Source: Hyphochytrium catenoides
Lineage: Eukaryota; Protista; Hyphochytriomycota
Length of the DNA: 64,000 bases
Assembly (NCBI GenBank): GCA_900088475.1
Contig: FLMG01000885.1
Span: 1 to 64,000, forward strand
Direction: 5' to 3'
The notes under the pieces were generated by a model, which was not told where the DNA came from, did not search any database, and was given only the letters and a program-made list of their open reading frames with translations. Below, piece after piece: positions 48,300 to 60,963 of this stretch; the first letter of the stretch is position 1, and each line of letters starts with the position of its first letter. The position numbers and the translations under genes were made by a program.

Positions 48300-51200
48300 C
48301 AGCTTCGCTAAAGACCATGCGGAGTTAGGCATTTCGGCATGGAATAGATGAACCTCAATTAAGAAGGAGGGGTAGCCGAGAGTTCACGGACAAGGGTGTT
48401 GGCAGAGGCAGTAGGCTTACCGTAGTAAATCGCACAGTCAGATGACGAGGCAGTAGGACCACAAGGCCGTAGTGGCTGGGCACGGCGGAGCAGTACCAGC
48501 AAACTTACTGAAGAGGCACTTCTGGGGCACATGAAAGAAGGGACCACAACAGCTGGAGGAGCAAGCAGAAAAATCGAGGAAGGACCGTAATAAGGGTTGT
48601 TGTTAGACAGCCTACCAGTCGGCCAGCTATGCCTCCACTGGCATAGTCAAGCACACGGCAAGTCCGAGCATAGTGGACGACGAATGATGAACAGAAAAAA
48701 GCTTTCTTCCGTGGCACTAGTATTTTATTATAGCAGGGCGGCGGCTATTAAGGTTCAGTAGGTTGCATTTACATCTAGTACAATGATTTATGGCGTGCCG
48801 AAGAGGAGAGGATCTCCTAGTGCTCTTGACGCGCACCTAATAACAAGGCAAAGTCTCATTATCATATGGGAAACGGCGACGGTGTATATTCCTTACTACT
48901 ATATCAGCCTTCTCAGTAGCAACAGTATTCAAGTCCAGATGTTGAAGCACTTCGCAGCAAAAAGGTTACAGGATTTGTCACTGTAAAAGAAGTGAATAGG
49001 CTGTCCTCCTTCATTACGTTTTAACGGTAAGAACAGAAACCCCATCCTAGAGATGTCTCTGCTCTTCATGTTGTTGCTGTTTTATTGGGTTGTTGCCCTT
49101 CTGGTTACAAGCTTTATAGTTCAGTCTAAAGAACTAAGGAAATTCACAAAGAATAACAAAGCGTCCAAGAGTAAAGTGACTCTGTCATGTCGATGATCAC
49201 GAAGCTCAAACAGAGATGCAGAAGTAAAAAGTGGCTCTGCAGGTCAGGTGACTCATCAACAGATGCAAAAAGAGGTTTCTGAATATTGGTAGCGGAACCA
49301 ATGGAACCCCACATTAGCCGTTCATGATAATACTGTCATCGGAGCGTGAAACAGCCTACTGCTGTGGATTCTACCAGGTAGAGGAATGTACTGATGAGAA
49401 GAAGACAAACCTTACCTACTAGAACAGTAGCCGAAAGCACCTCCAACCTCGAATTAAAGAGGTGTCTTTTGGTGGTCCATACAAACGAAAGAAATCAAGA
49501 GAAGATGAGAGAAGCCGTGGAAGGTTGGAAGACTATAGAAGAGGAAAGAGTTATGGGGAAGACGGGCTTCATCATCACGCTACTATCTTCAATTATCATA
49601 GCCAAGCAGGCTGCTGGCATGCCGTTTTACCCTAGTTCTCAAGGGTAATCATGATAGATTAGCGCAACTCGACAGCAGCGGGACACATCAGTAGTAGATG
49701 CCTTATACAACGTCACCATCTCTCTTCCAATTATTGTCTTACAACATACGAGAGGCCTGCTATTAGTGAAAGATCCACATTGCAGGAGGGACAAAGAAGA
49801 ACCCATCATCTGTAGATGACACTCACCCCAAATTCATGAAAGTCGCATCATCATCATGATGGTGTAGGTGCAAGCCTTTGTGATAGAGCTATCTGAATCG
49901 AACTATGATTGAGCTGTGGTGGCGAAGTGATGCTTGCAGCGATAGAGCTAGAGTATAATGTCACCACGGAAAGGCAAAGCTTAAGTCTTCGAGTGGAATA
50001 TTTGCTTGCTGAGAAAGCATCACCATGAGTCTTGTACTTCGTACTCTCTACGGATCATCCTCCCCCATCAGTCGGCAGTATGATCGCCTTTTATTGCTGC
50101 TGCTGCTGCTGCCATTGGCGTGTAAACGTACGCTTTAGTTTTAGACAGGCTTTTGAGCTCTAGCAAGCGCCTTATTTATAAATCTGATGACAGTCCACAG
50201 GTGACAATTTGTGCTTGAATGAGAAGTTGTACTTTTACTGGGAATGTCTGGACATCTCTCTGTCTATCAGTTTTGGTGGAAAAAAAGCACCAACTCAGTA
50301 CCAACAACACAAGCATGAAACGCACCATTCTGGCCCCATCCTACAGTACAGCCCCAAAGTGCCCCATCAATCTTCATCACAAGCAACAGAGCATTTTAGG
50401 CGATGGGCTAGACTGGATAGGTTGGGCTTATTGCTTTTTAGTTCTATAGACTTCGGCCACACTCAGCGTTGTTGTGGAGGAACGAGGACAGGGGTGGGAG
50501 GGGGGTTTGTTTGCCTTTTAGTCCACCCCAAATTGAAGCTCGTTAGCCGAGGATAATACGTTGCGCTACGAATGCCGAAAGTATTATTCCTGTCACCTAT
50601 GTGTAATGCACTGCTACGTTGTTAGTGAACGAGTATAGGGCTCTTATCTGGAATCAAGTGACATGCTTTCACCAAAGTATTGCCACTGTTGACTCCATCA
50701 TTGAAAGGCCTAATTAAAAGTGGGAAGGGCTTATGTAACATATAGGGGGAATCATTGACTGCACTTATTATGCATAGGGCGAACTCAGCTGTTGTGGGCA
50801 AGGAAAGAAGGCAGCCGTCTCCACCCTAACACAGCTATGTGATTGATTGAACCGACGCCTTAGAATGGGAATGGACGGAAGAAACTTGGAAGAAGATGCT
50901 TGTCTACCAGGTACAAAGTAGTACTTGTACTCGTCGCGAGGACAGACGAGGAGTCGTTACTACTTGGCTTGTACGACCAGCCAGCCAGCCACCATAAGTA
51001 AGACCAGGGCAGTAAGGCCCACGTTGTATGGAGCTCCATACCATCATTTCCCTTGATAAAAAAACGCCTGGATAGTCCATAAACAGTAGCTTGGCAAACA
51101 ACTATCCTTGAACCTTGAACACAATCAAAGGAAGGCAGATGCCAAGAACGAAGACACACCATCATTGATTTATTAGGATCATTACTCTCTTCTATAGAAT

Positions 51201-51450
51201 ATGTATAGCTCCTAGTGTCCCACGAGATGGAGCCCCAACAAGTGCCTGCTGGTAGAACTGAAGAAACTACGAAGCGGGACCTAAGGCAAGGAACACTGTG
51301 TGGATAGTTACAGGTTCGTTCCAGTCCTCCTAGGGCCAATCAACAAGTGCAGTCTGGTGCGCAACAAGGACCCATCTTCATCTTCTGCTAGGCGAACAAG
51401 AGGAAGGATGACTAGCCCGCTGAAGGGGATTATGACGAAAAGTTCGCAGC
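48300..51450 (-). mobile_element. Degenerate near-full-length Penelope-like retroelement (RT followed by C-terminal GIY-YIG)
   Basis: Ordered minus-strand remnants: LVILP..AED, LPSFDC, GSRIVVCQATVYGLS, YLVDKHLLP, FRGDIIL*L (~49970-49945), DDGFFF (~49810-49793), VTLYK, LFNSRL (~49460), and SYCL../CAIYYGKPT (~48455-48410). Many stops and frameshifts. Confidence 0.55.
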
Positions 51451-51924
51451 AGTAACCGTCGTCGCTATTGTTCTTGATTGAGGGTTGATTGTTCCTCTTC
51501 CTCACACTTGCTCTGCATAAAGCATGAAGTTCCAACTCTTCCATTACTTCTCACTTCGTCGTCACCTCTTTTGCTCACTGTTCTATGCGCATTTCCCTCC
51601 TACTTACCCCTTTGCGGCTTATACCTTATTTAGAGCAGCCTCCCTTGGCCAGTGTCGCCATCTTCTCTCGAGTCCTTAGCGCCAATTGTATAGGGGTGTA
51701 CGGTCGTCCACTTCGTGTAGGAAGGAGATGGTCAACAGCAATTTCATTGGACTAGTAGGCGCTACGCCGCCGGCATCGCAACCGCTATAATGGTCAACAA
51801 GGATTATTGTAAGAAAGCTCCCGATCCATGTGTCGCTTGATAGGAGGGGCAGCTTCAGAAGGCGCTTAGACCTCTCACGAGTAAGTTGAACAGAGATCAC
51901 TGCGTGTCTATTCTATCAAAAACC

Positions 51925-54771
51925 ATGGTGAATCCGTTTAGCGATAAGAGCTTGAGCTCCCACATGTACCGAAAGAAGGAGCTGGTCATTGCACGGACTC
52001 CACTGCTTCGCGCTGTCAGAGATGCAAATATGGAAGAGCTCAATGAAGTGCTTCGCCTGGCTCTCGCCGAGGGCTCGAGTGAAGGCAAGGTAGAGAGTGG
52101 AGGTGACAAAAACCGTCCGGCTAACCTACGCATGCATGTTCGGAGTGACCAGCTCCAGCAGATTCTTCTGAACACCGTCGGGCTTTTTGGGGAAACAGCG
52201 CTGCATTTAGCAGTGCTATATCATAGCGACCAGCATCAAATGATTGCTAAGTACCTAGTGGACCTTGGAGGGCCGCAGCTGGTTAATGCGATCATGACGT
52301 GTGAGTTGACGAAGGGAGAGACTGCTCTTCACACTGCAATCATGAAGAGGGACACAGAGCTAGTCAGCTTTCTCATAAGAAGTGGAGCTGACCTTCAAGC
52401 GCGGGCCAGTGGCACGTTTTTCACCCACACAGGGGAATGCTACTATGGCGAGTATCCCCTCAGCTTTGCTGTCAGCGTAGGTCAGGTATGCTGCAAAAGA
52501 GAGAATCAAGTCTCGTTCTGATCCCTCATTTGCCGCTTACCTAGACCATCTCTTTCTGTTATTCACGAAACCGCGTTCGTACGGCAGGCAGAGATTGTTC
52601 AGCTCCTCCTTGAGAGAGGGGCTGATATTTTCGCTGCGGACAGCCACGGAAACACTGCCGCACACATGGCCATGTGGCACAACCAGGGCAGCATGTATAA
52701 AGTGTTGAAGAAGTACCAACAGGAGTCAATCCCGACCTCAGGTCCTTCAGAGGACAGGAACAAAATGAAAAGGAGCTCCACTCAGCTCTTGCTTGAACCA
52801 GCTGCAGTGGGCATCGGGGATCGTGAGAATAAGGATGGCGACACACCGTGGACATTGGCGGCGGAGAGGGCCTCTTTAGAGACCTTTACCGCACTGTTGC
52901 AATGCGAAAAGCAGGTAAAGAGAACAGAAGGGAGATTGGGACGACACATCATTGGAAAGGAGTGATCACCTTCATGCGCTTATATTTGTACAGGTGCTCT
53001 GGACATACAACTGCACTCAGAGCTGCGGTTTTCCAATGAATGCGCTTCGGCGAGCTCTAGAGACCGTGGTGGAGCACAAGCGAAGTGACCTCATGGCTGA
53101 GCCTTTGATGAAGATGGCAATTCAAGAGCTTTGGGAGATGGGCGGCAAACGGTTCTTTATCTCTCACCTGTTCCCCACAGTTATCTATCTCTTGTTCTTC
53201 TCGCTGGCAGTTCAATTGTGCGACTATGAGGATACTGAGTCTACCGTCATCACCTGCCCCGGCGAGGGGATGGCTATCCTCTCAGTCTGCCTCCCGATAG
53301 CCTTTTTGAATGCTGCTTTCTCCTTATACTCCTTTGGAGCAAAGCTCAAGCGTCAGAAGGGCCGAGCGTTAGAGAGCTTAAGAAGATCTTTCCAGGTCTG
53401 TGCTTCGACTCTGGGTATCCTTAACTAGTTTATCATCCTCTTTCTGTCGCTTACAGTCTTGAGCCCCTTCTCACTGTTCTAGCTCGCTTTATAACTATCG
53501 TCTTTGCTCAATCAATTGCTTTGACACTTCAAACGAGTCATTTTGACTCTAGCCTTGTGTTCAGGTAAATCGCTTCGCCAGAGACCCGCACGTGGCTAGA
53601 TAGAGCGAGTTCCACTGGCTAACGTACTGCCTATTCTTGCACTGCTGATGACAGGGTCCTAATCTATTCCTCTTCCTGGAGTGGGTTCACACCGGCTGCC
53701 TGATTTATGCCTTCCAAGCGATCCTATTTAAGACAGAAGCAGAGGCCATGTCTGCCCTTGGTGTGGGAACTATTGTGGGCTGGTTTTCTCTACTCTACTA
53801 TGCCAGCGCGATGTCCATATCAGGTCAATTTGTGGCTGTCATCCTGAGAATACTGACGCACGATATCATGAGCTTCGTCTGGCTATATGGACTTTCTCTC
53901 ATAGCCTTTGCACTAACGATGCTAGCGCTCTTCAAGAGCTCTGCCAGCGAAGGGTTCAGCGATATAGGACAGGCCGTACATACCCTGGTTTTAACCTCTG
54001 TCGGCTACTTTGATACCTCGGAGTACCTCCTGGTAGATGATGAACTTTCATCTTCTCGTCCTTTCCCGTCCTTACCGTATTACGTCGCTTTGTCCTCTGC
54101 TTGGCCGTGTTCTGTCTCGGTCTATAATGCCTCTTAATTCTATCTCCTCCGGATTGTCTCACCCAGCAGTGATCTTCCGTATTTACTAATAGCTCTCTTA
54201 CCTACAGGCAAGATCTCCGAATGTTGCTCGGGGCCTCTTCTTCACCTTCATTGTCATCAACAATTTTGCACTGATGAGCTTACTTGTTGCAATGATGTTT
54301 GACACCTTTGCCATCCTGGGCAGCACCCGAGACGGAATCTACCTCTTACAACGAGCAGCAATGATATTGGACCTCGAGAGACGCCACAATGCCAACTTTA
54401 TCCTGCAATCTGACTCGTCCAACCGCTCATCTGTTTGGTCTTTCCTCTCTGACCGTTTCAGACTCTTCATACCGTTCGGGCTAGGCAGCAAGAAGTGGGA
54501 GAGAGTGCAGATTCAAGGGCTGCCCCCAAAAGATCTCGGGGAGTCAGGGAAAGAAGGATTTCGATCAGTGAGGCATTCGTTGTCGATAGATAACAGTATC
54601 CAGCACTTTGAGCATACCACATGGATACTCATGAACAGTATTACGCCTGAGGAACGCGATGCCCTTTTAGAGGAAGAGAGGAGGAAGAAGTACCTCAAGG
54701 AAGTTGTTCTTGAGAGAGTCAAGACCAGATTCCTCAACAAAGTGATTGCTCAAAGAGAAGCCAAACAATAA
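51925..54771 (+). CDS. TRPV-like ankyrin-repeat cation channel, 5-6 exons
   Basis: Ankyrin repeats with the TRPV signature GETALH..ARASGTFF..YYGEYPLSFA..DSHGNT. Six TM segments, GWFSLLYY, GQF..HDI, S6 LMSLLVAMMFDTF and TRP-box-like YLLQRAAMILDLE. Confidence 0.88.
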
Positions 54772-56082
54772 ACTATCGTGCGTCCTAATGCGAGGTAATC
54801 AATCGTAGCAGCAATGACCATGTTGCAGGCAAAGACCGGATGAGCCTGCTGTGTCTATGAGAGAGTGACCAAGGGAAACAAAGCTTAGAGACACCATTGA
54901 AGACCTCACCATTACCCGTAGAAAAGGGCAGAAATACTGTGGACTCAACAGACAGAGGACGGTTGGCATCAGGTCGGTCTGAAAGTAAGGACCATCTAAA
55001 GGCAAGGGCACTTATATTCATGGAGATGGAGCTGGGCACCAAGAGACCACTTTCTTTTAATCTTGGCGCCAAGTTAGGTGCTTGAAGAAACTCTAAAGAC
55101 AGATACTGGGCCGGGACCACGCCACCCACTGACTGCGACCGACATTCTATCGACTAGCCTGATTACATCGGCTCGCCAAAGCGCTATGGCTCACCGATGC
55201 ATCTCATTCCTGTCAGCCCAACCAGTCCTCTGCTGGAAACTAGACGCTCAAATCTGCCTATTGATGAACCTCACATAATATTAAGACAAGAACTCGTGGC
55301 GATCTTTCCTCAGAGATCTGCAGATTGTCTGGGACTTCGAAGTGATTTTGATGAAATTTCTTGGCACAAAAAGAATAGAGCGCACCTTTAGACGTCACGT
55401 GCGAGAAGTAGGAGAGTGCGCACCTTGATGAGTCACAAACAATCAAAGACGAGGAGATCATTGTGCGCAATAGTAAGTGAAGAGGAAGCGTCATATTTTA
55501 GGTTTTGCATAGCTTATGGCGTGGTAATACTGCTGCAAGGGGTGCAGGCGCAGGATTCTGAAGACCTGCAAATACGAGGTCATCGCACCCAGATCTGAGC
55601 TTCAAAGCTGCCAGAGATCGCAGATTAACAGGACAGGAAGTTTCCTAGAGTGAGTTCTTCTTCCCCTGAGTCCTTGTCCTTGCTGAGTTGCGCTAAATAA
55701 ACATGCAGTGATGGATTCTTAGGCGAAGGAAGCGCCTCGCGGCGAGCAAGGGTCTTCTCCTTGTGCGTTCTTCCTGGGAAGGATGATGCTGACTCCTTCG
55801 TTGCTAAATTTAAGTCAGATGGAGTAAGAAAGTTCTCGTCTGCGCCTGCTGGCTTTAGAGGTCAAAATCTGCGAACTTCAACGCAAGAGTATTGCTTTCA
55901 TCGGCGCACCTTAAGCTGCTCCTTTCGCGAGCTAAAGAACGCTTGGGGTGTATTCGTGGGAGGAAAAGACGTTGACGACACATTGTAGAAAGTCCTGGTC
56001 CAAGTTCAAACAGCACCTCGTCTTCAGAGCTGAGCACGAACCGAGTGAGTTTTGGTAACAGCCCTCGGTCTCTAGTAAGACA

Positions 56083-56646
56083 ATGGGAAGAATCTTCAGA
56101 AGATATCTGGAGGGCAAGAAGATCTACAGCTGCATCCACTGCGGCACCCACATTGCCAAGCACGACGACATACTTTCAAAGGTATAGTTAACGTCTCACT
56201 AAACGCCTCGGCTAGATGTTTGCTCTAATCTTCAACTTTATCAGCAATTTCAGGGGCGGACGGGCCAAGCTTTCTTATTTGACAAAGCGTAAGTGTCTTG
56301 CACGCATTAACTCTATGAGGTAGCCCTAAAGTTTCCACGGCTGCAGTGTCAATATTACGCTGGGGCCCCTAGAAGAGCGTGTTTTGATGACTGGACTTCA
56401 CACAGTCGGTGACATCTTTTGCACCACGTGCCGAAGCGTCGTTGGCTGGAAATATGTAAGTGGCTTGGTGTTCCTGCGTATTGCTGTCATATAAGAACCT
56501 AACAAAGTAATGATGGGTTGTAGGAATCTGCCTTTGAAGAGAGCCAAAAGTACAAGGAGGGAAAGTTCATCATCGAGATTGCCAAGACGAGGAAAGAGTG
56601 GATGGCTTCATCATCATCGTCCTCTTCTTCGTCGGTCTCCTCGTGA
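56083..56646 (+). CDS. YPEL: Yippee-like protein (Yippee/Mis18 zinc-binding), 4 exons; absent from the ORF track
   Basis: [24 protein letters not shown]|[12 protein letters not shown]|[26 protein letters not shown]|[18 protein letters not shown]. Confidence 0.93.
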
Positions 56647-57942
56647 CAGCACTTTTGTTGACCTATTGAGCTTCTTCTTCATCAGAGGGCAGTATTCAGT
56701 CAGATGAACGCCAAAAAGTTTACTTTGGATCAATAAGTGGTCACTTCTCCTACATAGATAGATGGTTGTCATCATGGGATGTAACGTTAAGCTGATCATT
56801 GTCTGAGAAAAGCAAGCCACTGCGCGTCTGTTTATCGACAGGAGTGTGTACCGAGTGCCACCAAGAGTCACAAGAGCCAAAGCCAACGACAAAGCTCCTT
56901 GCTGACTGAAGGACTAAGTGGAAGATACAAGGTTGCTCAGAAGTTGCTGGACTCGAGCTCAAGGTTCTTCCGGGTGGGGAAAACCGATCTGCAAAGCATC
57001 AGCGTCCCTTGGCGACATCTCTTTTGTCGTAGTCCTCAAATCGTGACGAGGCTGCAACAAACGCCTTCTCTCGAAGGTTTTGAGAGCTGTTCTATTAGCA
57101 ACTGTACAATCATTTACATGGGCAGAAGCTCCATTCCTTGGATGCTCAAGACCCTGTACCTGTACACTTGCTCTACCACTTCGGTTTTGCACAGAGGAAT
57201 CCCATCAGTTCTTATGGATTGTGGGTTGATCCATGCGATGTAATGATGTCTCTCTGAGGGATGGCCGCTAGCTGCCTCGGGCCTCTAAAACTTAGCATGC
57301 AAGTAGAGAATGGGGAAGGGATTGATTGCTGTACCATCCCTCGACATCATCTGAGGCCTTGCCCTTCGCTCGGTTGACCCGCCGCTGCCAGGCAGAGAAA
57401 GTTGCTTCATCAGCTCTTGAAAGGGATGCTTTCCATCACTCTCATCAGAAGCAATCCAGCCAAACACCGTTCGCCAAACAAGGAGGAGGATTCTCCATAT
57501 GTCTAGTCTGCGACTTGGTTAATATCATTCAGAATACAGTTGGCACTCCAGTTTACAGTGCAGTACAGTAAGCTGTACAAAGGTAAGAATACTTTTCAAC
57601 TTGCCAAGGTGTACGACGATGTAAAGCTTCCCGTCCCGATTCCAAACGTCACCGCCACGGCCACAGGTTTGGGCGTTATCTTTGTTGCTGAGCTGAAGAC
57701 TGCACAACCTTTGGCCTGTGTCAAGGGCATCGGTGCCAAGTGCCAGAGTTCATTGAGGATCAACGGAGTCGAGGAGGAGCGGTCAAAAGGGGCACAGCTC
57801 ACAATGGACCAGTCACTGGCATGATAATAGCTTCACCTGCTTGGCGTAGGCAAGGAACCTGACTGAGGGCCCATAACCATTTAGCTTTCGGCAGGACAAG
57901 AGATTCCATGTGGCACCGTGTACTGCGATAGTGTGTCCCCAA

Positions 57943-60735
57943 ATGGAGGGGCAAACTGCAGTAGACTGCCACAGAGGCAGGCGTCGCCTTGGTGTTTCTG
58001 TCAATGACGACGAGGCCACCGAGACGACTCTCCCAACTTCGTCCTTAAAGAGTGGGACTGCCCTAGATTTTGGCAGCACTGACAGACGCTGGAGCCAAGA
58101 GAATAATGACGAGGAGGATGTCGTCAAAGGCTTTCTCGAGGCTGGCATTCCCTTAGCTCAGCTGTCTCAGGTTTGAGAAGTACCGCTTTCTCCAACTTTC
58201 GCATGCGTCATATTGCAGTTCCTCTGTTAAGAGCGACAGGCTGGACTGCATGTGGTTCATTTATTATGCTGGGCAACATCTCTTTCTTACTCTCACGCCT
58301 CATTTCCCGATCTCAGCATTTCTGTCCACCTTGTTATATAGCTGCCCTATTCTCCTCAGCTTGACTTGGTTCACTACTTATCCCCCCATCATTCCGTTTT
58401 CTTGACTATTCCACATCGCACCACCTAACTTGTTACTTGCTGTTTAAGAGAACATACCGTCTGGCGTTCATTGGCGGTCGCCTGTTTGTCGCGCTTATCC
58501 TGACATGGGTGGCCGCGGTTGATCGCTCTGAGTGGCCTGAGATTGCACTAGTCTTTGGCCTAAACAGCTTGGCGTTTTGGGCTATCCAAGGTTCTGACCC
58601 TGGGTATATAGAGAGAGGGCTTGCTTCTGAAAAAGGTGGGTTAGCTTTCAGTACAGAGTCATAGCCCAACGCTATGTGAACGGGTACTGTCCGTGCGCCT
58701 TGCTCTATACCCTGCGGCTTTCTATTTAAAGTGCGGGCGAAGTAGTCTAACACCCAGGATGCCGCTGTTAGAGTTAGAAGTCTCTAGACCAGCTCGAGCA
58801 GCATCTTCAGAACTTCTGGATCTCGAAACGGGTGATCAAGAAGAAGAACTTCGCTCCTTCTGCCAGGACTGCAAACTCCTTCAAGTAAGAACGGTCCATT
58901 GTCTACATATGTTGACCCATGCCTTCTCGGGGCAGTTTGCCGCTGTGGTTGAAACTGAACTCCTAACCTCTCGTCCCTTACATTCTCTTAGATATATATC
59001 CTTATCCTTCGTTGTTATATAGCGGTACATGTGTCTGGCATCCTCTTTCTGCTGCTGCAGTCTATAGGTAGCCTATATTGGGTGTAAGAGGCCCTGATCT
59101 CGCCATTCTTTGTCCTTTCTGTCAACTCTTGTTAAATCGAAGCCGCTCCGAGCTCATCACTGTCGGGTGTGCAACCATTGCGTGGCTACATACGACCATC
59201 ACTGCTTGGTACTCGGAACCTGCATCGGAGAGCGCAATCATGGGCTCTTCTGGTGCTTTCTTTTTACCCAGGTGCTTGAGCTGGGGTATGCAGTATTATC
59301 GGTATGGACTATCGTTGGCCAACGAAATCATTTCCCCTCTCTTTAGTACTTCAATATCTTTGGTTTTGGTCCCTGAATACTTTGCCTCCTGTCCTCATCT
59401 TCTGCTTCGAAGGCATTTGATATCAGTTTACGCATTGGCGGGGTTTGTTGTTGAGACTCGTGTCTTCCTTATAGTCCGGCCACTCTGTGTCGGCCTCCGA
59501 TAGTGTATGACTCGTGCGCAGCATTGCCTGTCTAGAAGCTTGGCGTTCCTCGTCTCACACTCGACCTTACCCCTAGAGTCACGGACTTTTACGGAGAGTT
59601 TTAGGTTTTACCTCTCCATCTCAATATCCCCATTGCTTCTTATTAATGTCGGTCCATATCCATAAAGATTGATCAAGATGTGAATTAGCTCTTTAGGGGC
59701 TTCCAGGGAGCATCATCAGTAGGGCTGTTCATAAGGGCAAATGCCTTGCTGATTTTAGCGCTTTCAATACTTGGGGTGAGTAACCCGCTGTAATGCATGT
59801 GACATATGACTGTGGCTGGTTTCTGCAATGAATGGCAAAGGGTTTCGCCGGCTAATTAAGGAGTTTGATGTCAGAAAGACGAAAGATCGTAGATTAGGGA
59901 GGAAGAGACTGTCAGAGCGAGGATGGATAGTTGTGCATAGTACCGAGGGCGGATACTGACGCTTTCGGTATTTTCTTCGCAGGTTGTGTTCCTGATTGTA
60001 CTTGGCCTTCTTTGCTTCCACAGTACGTAGATCCAGATATCTTTCCCCATGAAAATCTTGCCTCCTTTAATTCTCCGTGTTTAGGCGCTTTTCCGGTGCA
60101 TGCTCGCCCACTTTCCTGCTATTGCTCACAATATCTCCATTTTTGTGCCTGCGCCAGGTTTTTTTGCTATGGCCAATATGACGACATACGAGATGGGCAA
60201 GGGTCCGAGACTGAAGTACCTTTCTGGAACAAGGGAATGTGATCTTCCCTTCAGCCAAGGCTTGCTTCCAAATCTTTACCTCTTTTGCTGCCAAGGGCTT
60301 CGCCGATCAGATGGACGATCTACTGAGGTTTGGGAGCCATATCCGTGGGAACCACCGAGGCAAGGATTGTTTGCTTTGTTTTCGAAACGGGCCTCTCTTC
60401 GTTGCCTGTTGCACAGCCTTCATAACTTCATCCTCTTTTCCGACTGTACCTCCCAGTTCTGTATAATGACCTCTCCTATAATGCTGCTTGGAAATGGTAG
60501 TCTGTCATTCCCCGACCGACGTGAAATAACCTGCGGTTACATTCCATCCGCTAATCCAACATCTCTTCTCTGCATGTGTTCGATAAGCCTTCCGTGTCTC
60601 TCGCTTCTGGTGATCTAGCAGTTGTGGTTTAGAGCTCTATTTCTATTGACCGTTCCTGTCCTTAGGCCATTTTATAGAGATAGTCAACATGTTTGCAGCA
60701 ACCTCTGGGAAAACAAATACTATAGCTGCTGTTAG
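57943..60735 (+). CDS. DHHC S-acyltransferase (palmitoyltransferase)
   Basis: SDPGY, FCQDCKLLQ|PLRAHHCRVCNHCVATYDHHCLVLGTCIGERNH, NMTTYE, PFSQG..NL, last exon LWENKYYSCC*. The start is less certain. Confidence 0.9.
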
Positions 60736-60963
60736 CCTAATACAGTGGTGACCACTGAAAGGAGACTAGAACATATATAAGGAGGACCGTAGTGCACCAA
60801 TGAAAAGGAAGATGGTGCTGCTGCTATCTATATGGTGGCATTCCCTGTCAGGGCCCAACCAGCCGTCTCTACATTTTGGATACTCGTAGACCTGCTATGG
60901 GTCTACCCTGGGATGATCTCTATGCGAGGCACTGTGCGATGAAGCAGGAAAATGAAGCGTACG

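Noticed and set aside
49000-51550. Ty1/copia RT reading (VCQATVYGLS resembling VCKL..LYGLKQ; EDEDGS)
   Set aside because: The downstream motif order (F.G..LQ, DDGFF, TLYK, F..RL, YYG) fits a Penelope-like RT-GIY-YIG better, and no LTRs are visible. Not fully excluded.
56900-57830. Possible small minus-strand gene (MPVTGP|gtgagc, GC-type donor at ~57604)
   Set aside because: I could not join the exons into a stop-free product with recognisable motifs, and it would start only ~120 bp from the DHHC ATG.
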